Shown: in pieces, positions 28,517-36,180 of the stretch
How the letters are laid out: the number at the start of each line of letters is the position of its first letter
How positions within the stretch are numbered: the first letter of the stretch is position 1
Assembly: GCA_028286565.1 (NCBI GenBank)
Contig: JAQBRH010000004.1
Coordinates: 33,951 to 97,950, forward strand
DNA from: Parcubacteria group bacterium
GTDB taxonomy: Bacteria; Patescibacteriota; Minisyncoccia; Phycocordibacterales; Zambryskibacteraceae
Direction of reading: 5' to 3'
Length of the DNA stretch: 64,000 nt
The notes under the pieces: generated by a model
Database searches by the model: none
Told to the model about the DNA's origin: nothing
What the model saw: the letters and a program-made list of their open reading frames with translations, nothing else
Program-made: the position numbers and the translations under genes

Positions 28517-28768
28517 ATGTCGAACGAGAAGTATTTCCGAGATCTGGCACCTGGGGAATTGTTTTCCTTCCAGTCGCCCACTTCCGATCCAGTCGTGGAG
28601 CCGGCCTCATACCTCGTCAAACTGAATGAGGATGAGTATCTGATGGAGCGAGGACATGGAACATTGCGCTTCATGAACTTCGAAAAGTCTCGCACTCTAG
28701 TAGTGAGCCACGGCATGGAAGACCAGGCCAATTTCGAACAGATGCTCGCTGCTTGGCCAAGGGAATAA
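28517..28768 (+). CDS. Hypothetical protein (opposite orientation inside the array)
   Basis: RBS AGGAGA 7 nt before ATG 28517. Preferred over the overlapping minus-strand ORF 28432..28791 on composition and RBS. Confidence 0.4.
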   Translation: MSNEKYFRDLAPGELFSFQSPTSDPVVEPASYLVKLNEDEYLMERGHGTLRFMNFEKSRTLVVSHGMEDQANFEQMLAAWPRE

Positions 28769-28782
28769 TCCCCGGCCCCTAC

Positions 28783-28830
28783 TTCCCACACATTCGCTTA
28801 ATTGAAAGGTGTGGGGATTTTCATAACTAA
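28783..28830. terminator. Bidirectional terminator between convergent genes
   Basis: CCCACAC...(19 nt)...GTGTGGG hairpin followed by GATTTTCAT. Confidence 0.45.
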
Positions 28831-28863
28831 AATAATCGAACGCCTGGTACTAAGTTTTAGAAT

Positions 28864-29367
28864 TTAGAGAACACACTTCCTAAGGACATCTGCAGCAATG
28901 CGACAATCTTCAAGCGCATCGTGCGACCCTCTTGGTTTTGCACCAAAAGCTTGAAAAATATCTTCAGAATTCATCCCTCCCTGGTAGCCGGTTTTAAGTA
29001 GATGAGTGTAAGCGATAGGCCAAATATCCAACACATGATAGTCATACTGTTCTTCTCCATTTCTTGAAGCTGTAAGCGTTCTTAAATGCTTCATGTCGAG
29101 CTCAGCCACAAATGAAGCGATGATCACATTGCTTCCGAATCTTTCAAAGAATTCTTGTCCTACTTCTGCTTGAGATGGAGCACCATTAAGCATCTCTTGA
29201 GTGATGCCGGACTTTACACTTGATCTCCCCTGCAGATTTGCGTGTATATAACTCACAAAAGAATCTTTTTCAGCCAGAGTGTCTTTATCTAGGAGAATGG
29301 CACCTATTTGTTTTGGTGCTCTCATTCCTTCAAAATCTATAACCAAAATATCTTTGGGGAATTTCAT
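28864..29367 (-). CDS. DEDDh-type 3'-5' exonuclease domain protein (RNase T/oligoribonuclease-like)
   Basis: VIDFEG N-terminal acidic motif and a C-terminal HDALEDCR motif. Confidence 0.55.
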   Translation of the reverse strand: MKFPKDILVIDFEGMRAPKQIGAILLDKDTLAEKDSFVSYIHANLQGRSSVKSGITQEMLNGAPSQAEVGQEFFERFGSNVIIASFVAELDMKHLRTLTASRNGEEQYDYHVLDIWPIAYTHLLKTGYQGGMNSEDIFQAFGAKPRGSHDALEDCRIAADVLRKCVL

Positions 29368-29370
29368 ATC

Positions 29371-29420
29371 TCTAGAATATCACGAGCTGGCCCTGTGGGA
29401 CGAAGTTGGAACCTTTTTAG
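29371..29420. repeat. Array repeat R14 (promoter-half plus core)
   Basis: tctagaatatcacgagctggccctgtgggacgaagttggaacctttttag; fills the whole 49-nt stop-to-start gap. Confidence 0.85.
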
Positions 29421-29842
29421 CTGTTTGACTCTTTGAAATCTCCAAATGCTTTACGGATAACGTCAAGTAAGGGCTTCTTATCTGCATAAACATATTCTTT
29501 GCCCACCCTTCGAACGAATTCCTCTGGACCAACTGGCCATCCATAAAATTCTAAGGTCTCTCGATTTTGTGTTAAAAGATGAGAAAGAGTTTCAGGTTCA
29601 TATACAAACAAAGCTCCTTGGGTACCAATTAAAGTTGTGTCTCTATTTGTGAGTAGAACAGGAATTAAGCCATTTTCTTTTGCATGATCAATTTCTTCTT
29701 GAACAGAAATATGAAAATATCTCTCCATAGAATCAACGGGTAAATATCCTACGGATTTGTGAGGGCCGAGATTGCGAATGTGTTCAAGGGCTTCTAACCT
29801 TTCTTTCTCAAATAGATCAGATGCGGTTGGTTCTTGCTCCAT
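29417..29842 (-). CDS. Hypothetical protein
   Basis: 141 aa, AT-rich coding. Last gene of the array before the tRNA-Gln region. Confidence 0.45.
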   Translation of the reverse strand: MEQEPTASDLFEKERLEALEHIRNLGPHKSVGYLPVDSMERYFHISVQEEIDHAKENGLIPVLLTNRDTTLIGTQGALFVYEPETLSHLLTQNRETLEFYGWPVGPEEFVRRVGKEYVYADKKPLLDVIRKAFGDFKESNS

Positions 29843-29859
29843 AGATTAATACTATAACA

Positions 29860-30074
29860 AAGTTCGAGTCCCTATTGGTTGCTGCCGATCAGGGACTCGC
29901 TCCTTACAGGAACAGGACAGAATTCGTCAGGGACTCGGTCACTCATAAAATTCTCCTGAATTTTTGTGCGACCCCGCCTCGGCCCGCCGGCCTCCGGCTT
30001 TCGAGTCCGCGCGACGCTTCGCATGTGCGAAACTGCGCCTGATCGGCAGCAAAACACGCTGCGCTTTCGTTTTG
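29860..30074. repeat. Mosaic of direct and inverted partial copies of the tRNA-Gln 3' end (T-arm/acceptor)
   Basis: 19-nt direct copy gctgccgatcagggactcg at 29881-29899 (identical to 30075-30093). Inverted T-loop fragments at 29862-29873 and 30003-30012. Inverted copy cctgatcggcagcaaaac at 30038-30055 forms an 18-bp hairpin with the tRNA 3' end. Confidence 0.75.
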
Positions 30075-30145
30075 CTGCCGATCAGGGACTCGAACCCCAA
30101 TTAACCGCTCCAGAGGCGGTCGTCCTACCATTAGACGAATCGGCA
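30075..30145 (-). tRNA. tRNA-Gln (anticodon CTG)
   Basis: Hand-folded cloverleaf: acceptor TGCCGAT/ATCGGCA with U1-A72, D-stem GTCT/GGAC, anticodon stem ACCGC/GCGGT with loop CTCTGGA, T-loop TTCGAGT, discriminator G. Four-nt variable loop. Confidence 0.6.
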
Positions 30146-30208
30146 ATTACACACAACAAACCGGCAATACCGGGAAAGAATAGCTTAAAACAAGCCCTAT
30201 TTCAAGGT

Positions 30209-30664
30209 ATGGATCTCGAGTATACTAAGCGCATGAACTGGGAAAAGAAATTCACAGACTCCATCGGGTCTAAAACATCGGTCGTCTTGCACACGATCTT
30301 TTTCATCATCATGCTTGTCCTCCCCTTCTTCGGAGTGCGGGTCGACACGGTCCTCCTCGTCCTGACCACCCTCGTGTCCTTGGAGGCCATATATCTCGCC
30401 ATTTTTATCCAGATATCAGTGAACCAGAACACCGCGAGCCTCGAAGAGGTCGAAGAGAACATCGACGAGATCCAAGAGGATGTCGACGAGATCCAAGCGA
30501 ACGTCGATGAGATCTCCACGGACATCGACGAGATCCAAGGAGATGTGGACGAGATCCAGGAAGACGTGCGAGAGGACAAGGACGCCGAAGGAGACCTCGA
30601 CCACATCCAAGCTATGCTTGAAAAGCTTCTCGAAGAAGTGAACAGATTAAAGAATCAAAAATAA
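30209..30664 (+). CDS. DUF1003-family membrane protein with C-terminal acidic octad repeats
   Basis: SIGSKTSVVLHTIFFIIM...LVSLEAIYLAIFIQISVNQN DUF1003 core. C-terminal (V/I)DEIQxxV x5 encoded by a 24-nt tandem repeat (30457-30576). Start re-placed at ATG 30209, downstream of the tRNA. Confidence 0.55.
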   Translation: MDLEYTKRMNWEKKFTDSIGSKTSVVLHTIFFIIMLVLPFFGVRVDTVLLVLTTLVSLEAIYLAIFIQISVNQNTASLEEVEENIDEIQEDVDEIQANVDEISTDIDEIQGDVDEIQEDVREDKDAEGDLDHIQAMLEKLLEEVNRLKNQK

Positions 30665-30837
30665 CACAACTATGAAAAATATATTCCGCTGGTGCAGACC
30701 CGAGAACTATCACCCCTCTCCCCTCCTTCGAAGCTTCCAGCTATTCCTCCTCGTCCTTATCATCATCGGACTCTTCCTGCTCGCGACCGAGCGATACTGG
30801 ATCGGACCGCTCGTAAGCTATATTTTGAACCAATAAC

Positions 30838-32520
30838 TCAGGCGGCGTTCGGAGCGAGCTCTTCCGTATGATCGAGCACGGCCACTTTCGGTAGGCGCGT
30901 AGAGAAAAGAAGCGAAAGGAACGAGAAGGCCAGTCCGTAGGCGAGCGCCGTTTTCGAAGCGTCCACGGTCGCCTGGTGAGTGATGGTCGTCAGCTCGTCT
31001 TTAAGAGAGGCGGGTATGTTCGCGTTCTGAAGCGCCGCCACTCCGCCGAATTCGATGTTCGAGGTTTGGGTCGTCACCGCGAGCGCGATGCGGGCTTTCT
31101 CCGCTCTAGGAATAACCCGGCTCTCCGTTACTCCGGTGCCGAGGTTCGAAGAGAGGCTCGAGATCATGACCGCTCCGATGATAGCCGAGCCGAGAGACAT
31201 GCCCACTTGCCTGAACGTATTCGTCACTCCGGCGGCCTCGCCCGACTCCTGGACCGGGAGGGCGGAGAGAGCGAGGTTGTTCGATTGGCCCATGATGAGG
31301 CCCATGCCGAATCCGAAGATCATAAATCCGGGAGCGAAAGCCCATTGCGTCGCCCCAAGGTGAAGGCTTTCTCGGAGCACAAAGAATCCGAGCATGTTGA
31401 GCATAATGCCGAACTGGATAATGTGTTTTGGAGAGATGAGCTTGCCGAGATAGGCGGAGAGCGGAGCGGCGATCAAGATAACGATCGACATGGGGATGAG
31501 CGCGTATCCCGTATGCAGCGGGTCAAGCCCGAGCACCGCCTGAAAATAAACGGGAGCGGAGAACGAAAGGCCCGCCATCCCAAGCGTCATAAGAGCGGTG
31601 ATAATGGTCGCTCCGGTAAATTGCTTATTTTTGAATATAGCCAAAGAGACGAGCGGCGCATCTCCTCTCTTCGCCACTCGCTCTTCGTAGACGGCAAAGA
31701 GGCCGAGGAGGAGAAAGCCGACAAGGATAAAAAACGGCGTCGGAGAGACCCCTCCGAGGTCGACCGCTCTGCCGAACACATCAAAGACTGCTTTGGACTT
31801 CCACCATCCGTACGTCGAGGCTTCGATGAACCCGAAGACGAGAGAGAGAAGACCAAGGGCTGAAAGGACGATGCCTCCGAAGTCTATTCTCTTCTTCATC
31901 GAATTGTCCTTGGCCTCATGGATGATGAACGATCCGAGGATAAGAAGAAGAACCACCAGGATGTTCACTCTGAACGCCCAGCGCCAGCTGTAGTTCGTTG
32001 AAAGCCATCCGCCGACGACCGGACCAAGGGCGGCGGCGGCCGACGCGATCCCTCCCCAAACCCCGAAGGCGAGGGCGAGGTCTCGGCCCTTGTAGCACGA
32101 GCGGAGAAGAGAGACCGTCGCAGGCATCATGAGAGCGGCCCCGATCCCTTCGATGACCGCTTCGCCGAGGATGAGGACGCCTACCGATTGGCTGATCGAA
32201 GTGATGAACGATCCGATCGCAAAGATCACGGCTCCGAGAATGAACATCTTCTTTCTCCCAAAGAGGTCCCCTAGCCGGCCGCCGGTAATGGTGAAGGCGG
32301 CAAGGATGAGCGAATACGCGGTGATCACCCACTGGATCTTTTGGATAGTGGTGTGGAGGTCGGTGATGATCGTTCGCAGGGTCACGTTCAAGATCGTCGT
32401 GTCGAGGATGATGATCGCCAGGGCAAGCGAAAGCACGAACAGCGGGCCCCATTTTTTAAAGAATGAGGCCCGGAAGGCGCTGTCTCCTTCGGCAGGAAGG
32501 GCTTTAAGGGTTTGGTCCAT
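30838..32520 (-). CDS. MFS transporter, DHA2 (EmrB/QacA) drug-efflux family, 14-TMS type
   Basis: 560 aa. GxLaDrxGrkxxl-like motif (GGRLGDLFGRKKMF). Multiple TM helices. Confidence 0.8.
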   Translation of the reverse strand: MDQTLKALPAEGDSAFRASFFKKWGPLFVLSLALAIIILDTTILNVTLRTIITDLHTTIQKIQWVITAYSLILAAFTITGGRLGDLFGRKKMFILGAVIFAIGSFITSISQSVGVLILGEAVIEGIGAALMMPATVSLLRSCYKGRDLALAFGVWGGIASAAAALGPVVGGWLSTNYSWRWAFRVNILVVLLLILGSFIIHEAKDNSMKKRIDFGGIVLSALGLLSLVFGFIEASTYGWWKSKAVFDVFGRAVDLGGVSPTPFFILVGFLLLGLFAVYEERVAKRGDAPLVSLAIFKNKQFTGATIITALMTLGMAGLSFSAPVYFQAVLGLDPLHTGYALIPMSIVILIAAPLSAYLGKLISPKHIIQFGIMLNMLGFFVLRESLHLGATQWAFAPGFMIFGFGMGLIMGQSNNLALSALPVQESGEAAGVTNTFRQVGMSLGSAIIGAVMISSLSSNLGTGVTESRVIPRAEKARIALAVTTQTSNIEFGGVAALQNANIPASLKDELTTITHQATVDASKTALAYGLAFSFLSLLFSTRLPKVAVLDHTEELAPNAA

Positions 32521-32569
32521 AGGTATAAAGACGAGGCTCTATCCTAGCACTTACGCTGAAAAATCATAC

Positions 32570-33028
32570 CTATTGACATGCGATGCGAGATGTCACGCTT
32601 CCCACTCCGACGAGGGCGAGGCCGGTGGTCGAGGCAAAGCCCGTAGAATCGACGCACCAGACGTCTCCGCTGAGGAGCGGAAGGGCGATCACATATGAAG
32701 AGGTGTCGTTCGCGCAGGTAGCCGACGCATTCACCGCCGCTTGGGCGGCAGAAACTTGATTGGCGACGTTGTTGGCCACGGTGACGTCGAACACGTTGTT
32801 GAGGCTTGCACAGGCGGTATCCGATGAACCATAGGACTCACCGTTGTTGTCGAAGTAGAGCGTCGCCTGGGCGCGAACGCTATCAAGGTTCGACTTGGCG
32901 GCGGCGTCGTGGCCCTTGGACCTCGCCCGGGTGAGGGACCCTAATACGATCTGTGACAGGATGCCTATGATGGCTATGACCACCAAAAGCTCGACGAGGG
33001 TAAATCCTCGGGAATATGTTTTACGCAT
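32570..33028 (-). CDS. Type IV pilin-like protein (prepilin-type N-terminal cleavage/methylation domain)
   Basis: [18 protein letters not shown] class III signal. Start re-placed at ATG 33028. Confidence 0.65.
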   Translation of the reverse strand: MRKTYSRGFTLVELLVVIAIIGILSQIVLGSLTRARSKGHDAAAKSNLDSVRAQATLYFDNNGESYGSSDTACASLNNVFDVTVANNVANQVSAAQAAVNASATCANDTSSYVIALPLLSGDVWCVDSTGFASTTGLALVGVGSVTSRIACQ

Positions 33029-33143
33029 CCCCTTATCATATCGGGAAGCTCGACAGTTGTATATATCTGTATCCCCATGTGTAATTCTTTGCCCTATTTC
33101 ACGTCTGTACATGTGTGGGTAATTGATAATCGATTAGAAAAAC

Positions 33144-33293
33144 ATGCTTACAACCATCGCAGTTATACTCTTGATCCTTTGGCTCCTTGGAGTCGTGACA
33201 TCGTACACCATCGGAGGATTCATCCATATCCTCCTTGTGATCGCGATCGTCATGATCCTCGTCCGCCTCATCCGCGGCGAAAAGGTAGTCTAA
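33144..33293 (+). CDS. Small membrane protein, lmo0937 family-like (49 aa; below ORF-track cutoff)
   Basis: MLTTIAVILLILWLLGVVTSYTIGGFIHILLVIAIVMILVRLIRGEKVV read directly from sequence. It is followed by a hairpin terminator. Confidence 0.5.
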   Translation: MLTTIAVILLILWLLGVVTSYTIGGFIHILLVIAIVMILVRLIRGEKVV

Positions 33294-33299
33294 GGACAC

Positions 33300-33345
33300 A
33301 CAAAAAACCACCCCGAGAGCAGTAGGGAGTGGTTTTTTGTTGGAA
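33300..33345. terminator. Bidirectional rho-independent terminator
   Basis: AAAAAACCACCCCGAGAGCAGTAGGGAGTGGTTTTTTG. Confidence 0.55.
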
Positions 33346-33347
33346 AC

Positions 33348-33827
33348 TTATTTGACCGTGAGCGTTCCTTTCATACCCATCTGGCGGTGCGTCCCGACGG
33401 AGCAGTAGAATTCGAACGAGCCGGACCTGTCCGCGGTGAAAGTGACTGTGTCGCTTTCTCCTCCGTTGATCCTCTTCGTCGCAGCGGCGAATTCATCGAT
33501 CTTAAAATCATGAAGTCCTCCGGAGTTTTTGAAGATGATAGTGACCTTGTCTCCTTTGTTGACGCTCAGCGCGCTCGGGGCGAAAGCAAAGTTCGATCCG
33601 GTGACGGTGAAGGTCTTTGAAGTTGGAGCTGATACGGGCGCCGGTGTGGCGGAGGTCGAAGTGGAAACGGGCGCCGGGACCGTCCCATCATCTACCATGC
33701 CCGAGTCCGTTCCGTATGATGTGTCCGGAGTGGCGGGCATATCATCCATGGCTTCCTTATCATGGAAGATGAAGTAGCCTCCGATGAGGAGTACAAGGAC
33801 TACAACGAGCGTGATCATTTTATTCAT
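33348..33827 (-). CDS. Cupredoxin (plastocyanin/halocyanin-like blue copper protein) with N-terminal anchor
   Basis: Type-1 copper ligand pattern H...C..GTH..GM (GGLHDF ... EFYCSVGTHRQMGMKG). Confidence 0.7.
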   Translation of the reverse strand: MNKMITLVVVLVLLIGGYFIFHDKEAMDDMPATPDTSYGTDSGMVDDGTVPAPVSTSTSATPAPVSAPTSKTFTVTGSNFAFAPSALSVNKGDKVTIIFKNSGGLHDFKIDEFAAATKRINGGESDTVTFTADRSGSFEFYCSVGTHRQMGMKGTLTVK

Positions 33828-33878
33828 ATCTCTGGGTAATTAAGCGATTAAGGATACTGGATCAATTTTAGCTCCTTT

Positions 33879-34427
33879 CTATCCGAGAGCCAAGGAGCGG
33901 CCGGCGGGATCCGCGAGGAGAAGGTCGTATAACCTTTGGAGAGCTCTCCTATACTGGCTCTTGACCGTATTCAGAGGCTTGTTGAATACATAGCTGATCT
34001 CTTTGAACGTAAGCTCATCCTTATGCCGAAGCAGGAGGAGAACCTGCTCGTTATCCGAAAGTTTCAAAAGAGCGCCGTCGACGATCCCCTGCAGCTCCTG
34101 GCTTTCGGCCAGTTCGAGAGGGGTCGGATCATCGGAGGGAATAGTAGAATCAAAAGGTATCAGTTCCTCGTCGATCATATGATCGAGCCGAGAGAAGGGC
34201 AGAGCTTTTTTCTTCCGCAGAAAGTCCGTCGCGCTGTTGCGCGCGATCGACAGGAGCCATGTTTTGAAATTCTTCGTCCGATCAAAACGATGGAGGTTCG
34301 CCCACGCTTTCATGAACGTTTCCTGTGTCAGGTCCTCCGCTTCATCTTTGTTCCCTACCAGCCTAAACAAGAACCCGCAGATGGACTTCACCAGTTTCTG
34401 ATCAAAGAATAGAATCACGTCCTCCAT
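33879..34427 (-). CDS. RNA polymerase sigma factor, ECF (sigma-70 family group 4)
   Basis: Region 2 (DLTQETFMKAWANLHRFD) and region 4 (ELTFKEISYVFNKPLNTVKSQYRRAL). Confidence 0.8.
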   Translation of the reverse strand: MEDVILFFDQKLVKSICGFLFRLVGNKDEAEDLTQETFMKAWANLHRFDRTKNFKTWLLSIARNSATDFLRKKKALPFSRLDHMIDEELIPFDSTIPSDDPTPLELAESQELQGIVDGALLKLSDNEQVLLLLRHKDELTFKEISYVFNKPLNTVKSQYRRALQRLYDLLLADPAGRSLALG

Positions 34428-34460
34428 ATAGGAACGGACGGATTGATGCGGGTTTGCTTT

Positions 34461-35387
34461 CTATACCTTCAAGTATTTGCGGATGGCGAGGATCGACGAG
34501 ATGCCGCCGATAAGGATGCCTGAGACTACGATTAGGAAGAAGATCTGCGGGAGATTATGGAGATAGTAGCTGAAAATATTCAGGCCGATGAAGAAGTTCT
34601 GGGTGACCTGGCCGAGCCAATAGGTCATCGGCAGGAAGATAAAGAGAGTAAGGATCGCCGCCATGAGGCCATAGATCACTCCCACGACCACGAACGGGCC
34701 TTGAATATAGGCCGTGGACGCCCCCACAAGGCGCATGACGCTGATCTCATCCTTGGCTATATAGATAGTGAGGCGGATGGTGTTAAAGGAGATGAGGACC
34801 GAGATGAGGACGAAGGCGAGGGTGATGGCGAATCCGAGCCGGTGGGCGGCGGCGATGATGCGGGTCAGCTTGTCGATCGCGACCTTGTTCTGATAATAGT
34901 TAACATGATCGAGGATGGTCACTCCGGATGGCGAGATGGTGTTCTTCGAACCCAGGAATTGAGCGATGGCTTCGTACTGCGAAGGATCCTTTGCCTTGAT
35001 GTTAAGGGTCGCGCCGAGCGGGTTGTCCGACAACTCTCCGAGAGCGGCGAGGATCGACTGATCGTTCGCATGCCTCTGTTTGAAGGCTTCAAGGGCGTCC
35101 GCTCGAGAGACATACGTCACGAGCGAGACTTCGGGCAGATTTTCGAGTGAGTGCTTGATCGCCAGGATATCATCCTCCGCTGCTGTCGGGATGAAGGTGA
35201 CGTTGATGTCCACTTTGTTGCGGAGTTCGGAAAGAGAGGTATTCAAAATGGCGCTTCCGAAGATAAGGAAGCCGATGACGAACAGGGTCACCATCATGAT
35301 GAGGACGGAAGCTAAAGAGACCGTGCCGTTCCTCCAGAAGTTAAAGAACCCCGTGCGTATGATCCTTTTTGCGTTTGTCCAAAACAT
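34461..35387 (-). CDS. ftsX: Cell division permease FtsX-like
   Basis: N-terminal TM, large periplasmic loop, three C-terminal TM helices. Adjacent to ftsE. Confidence 0.8.
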   Translation of the reverse strand: MFWTNAKRIIRTGFFNFWRNGTVSLASVLIMMVTLFVIGFLIFGSAILNTSLSELRNKVDINVTFIPTAAEDDILAIKHSLENLPEVSLVTYVSRADALEAFKQRHANDQSILAALGELSDNPLGATLNIKAKDPSQYEAIAQFLGSKNTISPSGVTILDHVNYYQNKVAIDKLTRIIAAAHRLGFAITLAFVLISVLISFNTIRLTIYIAKDEISVMRLVGASTAYIQGPFVVVGVIYGLMAAILTLFIFLPMTYWLGQVTQNFFIGLNIFSYYLHNLPQIFFLIVVSGILIGGISSILAIRKYLKV

Positions 35388-35410
35388 ATATGTAGATGAA
35401 TAACTAGACG

Positions 35411-36091
35411 TTAAATAAAGTATTTCCCTTCTTTGTCATCCCTGATGATCCTGCCCTTGTCCATGGCGATCACGCGCTTGTTCAATGAGTCTATCACTCC
35501 TTGGTTATGCGTGGTAAGGATAACCGTCGTCCCCAAGTCGTTGATCTTTTTTAGTATCTGCACGACATCATACGTATTCTCCGGGTCGAGGTTCCCCGTC
35601 GGCTCATCAGCGATGATGATGTCCGGCTGGTTGACGAGCGCGCGAGCGATAGCCACGCGCTGTTTCTCTCCTCCGGAGAGCTCATGGGGGAAGTTCCAGA
35701 TCTTCGCTGAGAGATCGACGAGCTCGAGGACGTAGGGCACATCGGACTGGATCTCTTCATCCGACCTCCCGGCGGCTTCCATGGTAAAGGCGATATTCTC
35801 GAAGATGGTCTTGTCCGGCAGAAGGCGGAAATCTTGGAAAACCATGCCGATCTTTCTGCGGTAATCGTTGATCTCCTGCTTTTTCAGAGTATGGATGTCG
35901 GTTGATTCGTAGAAGACCTGGCCTTCGCTCGGCTTCTCTTCGGCGAGGAGCATTTTGAGGAGGGTGGTCTTGCCCGCGCCGGATTGTCCGACTATGGAGA
36001 CGAACTCTTCGGGTTCTATGGTGAGGGTAACGTTTTGGACCGCTACCGAAGTATCCGGGTAGATTTTACTTACTCGGTCAAAGAAAATCAT
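35411..36091 (-). CDS. ftsE: Cell division ATP-binding protein FtsE
   Basis: Walker A GQSGAGKTT, LSGGEKQRVAIARAL signature, Walker B IIIADEPTGNLD. Confidence 0.9.
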   Translation of the reverse strand: MIFFDRVSKIYPDTSVAVQNVTLTIEPEEFVSIVGQSGAGKTTLLKMLLAEEKPSEGQVFYESTDIHTLKKQEINDYRRKIGMVFQDFRLLPDKTIFENIAFTMEAAGRSDEEIQSDVPYVLELVDLSAKIWNFPHELSGGEKQRVAIARALVNQPDIIIADEPTGNLDPENTYDVVQILKKINDLGTTVILTTHNQGVIDSLNKRVIAMDKGRIIRDDKEGKYFI

Positions 36092-36180
36092 CCTCGAATT
36101 TTAGCATTTTTGGCCCAATGAGCCAATACACAGACCAAAGAAAAAGGCGCCCCCTATCGAGTGACGCCAATCTGAATGAT

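Noticed and set aside
21261-29420. Sigma-54 promoter (TGGCAC-N5-TTGC) within the repeat core
   Set aside because: CTGGCCCTGTGGnACG gives GG at -24 but CG or AC rather than GC at -12. It is also oriented on the plus strand, antisense to the flanked genes.
20400-29860. Canonical integron (attC/59-be sites plus intI)
   Set aside because: Repeats are only ~30-45 nt, show no RYYYAAC/GTTRRRY core pair and no imperfect inverted-repeat architecture, and no integrase is visible in the window. The locus is reported instead as integron-like with an unknown mechanism.
20400-29860. CRISPR array
   Set aside because: The repeats are separated by whole genes of 200-600 nt rather than uniform short spacers, the repeat has no palindromic structure, and no cas genes are nearby.
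29860-30150. A second intact tRNA on the plus strand at 29862-29900 (GTTCGAGTCCC T-loop-like sequence)
   Set aside because: No D-arm, anticodon arm or complementary acceptor 5' strand is present upstream. It is a fragment copy of the tRNA-Gln 3' region.
29966-30664. Listed 232-aa ORF spanning the tRNA-Gln region
   Set aside because: Its 5' part overlaps the tRNA and the tRNA-fragment mosaic. The gene was shortened to ATG 30209, where the DUF1003 homology begins.
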